33,946 bases of DNA from positions 9,117,968 through 9,151,913 of the forward strand of contig NC_069010.1 in NCBI RefSeq assembly GCF_001194135.2. Reading direction: 5' to 3'. The notes under the pieces were generated by a model that was not told where the DNA came from, ran no database searches, and worked only from the letters and a program-made list of their open reading frames with translations. A program made the position numbers and the translations under genes. This document shows positions 33,531-33,946 of this stretch, one piece after another. Source of the stretch: Octopus bimaculoides (taxonomy: Eukaryota). Numbering within the stretch: position 1 is the stretch's first letter; each line of letters starts with the position of its first letter.

Positions 33531-33946
33531 TCTGGGGAGAGTCATTTTCTTATTGTGCCTTTGATTTCTATGTAGGATGCCATGAAGATTACGTCCAGAT
33601 TTTCTGATTGTTGTTTCTAAGTTATTTGGGGATATAAGGTCTGTGGAGCTGTGTCCCCTTGACCGTCTGTGGTTTGTTTTCGATAAGCGTGGGTTCATTT
33701 CTGTGTATTTCGTTTTTTTGGATTTGGTTTGCAAGATTTTTCATGTGATATTGTGTGTTGAAGCATATTCTGTTGTGTCTGGGGAGAGTCATTTTCTTAT
33801 TGTGCCTTAAAATTTAACACAATCACCGGTAAAATTTCCACTTATATCTTATTTTTATTTTCCTAAAATTTTCGTTGTGTCTTGCAACCTTTTCAATAGT
33901 CTTGACTCTCTTGAGAAATAAGTGGAAATTTTACCAGTGAGTGTGT
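33529..33946 (-). mobile_element. Unclassified element with partial direct and inverted terminal duplications (possibly Penelope-like)
   Basis: 33-bp direct repeat at 33529-33561 and 33776-33808. 23-bp inverted repeat at 33823-33845 and 33918-33940. A diverged opposite-strand homolog lies at ~32340-32520. Confidence 0.45.

Overview
Eukaryotic, repeat-dense draft-assembly window with five N gaps. There is no prokaryotic operon or CRISPR content. The SINE, LINE and microsatellite landscape looks like a coleoid cephalopod (octopus-like); that is an inference. The main gene is a + strand Spinster/SPNS1-family MFS lysosomal transporter. Ten coding exons (14698-28865) join in phase through canonical GT-AG sites into about 581 codons, and a likely next exon starts at 32041. 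A probable terminal coding exon of an unidentified - strand gene lies at 761-~1196. The rest is tRNA-derived SINEs (three families), many 3' fragments of an RTE-clade LINE, a CR1/L2-group LINE fragment, two decayed mariner elements and simple repeats. The most notable unannotated signals are two type-I hammerhead-ribozyme motifs with short, palindromic or near-palindromic helix III (227-325 and ~4702-4741). That architecture is typical of Penelope-like retroelements and retrozymes. There are also several long near-perfect hairpins, and near-identical inverted LINE copies flanking the candidate 3' SPNS1 exon. Repeat boundaries were read by eye and are approximate.
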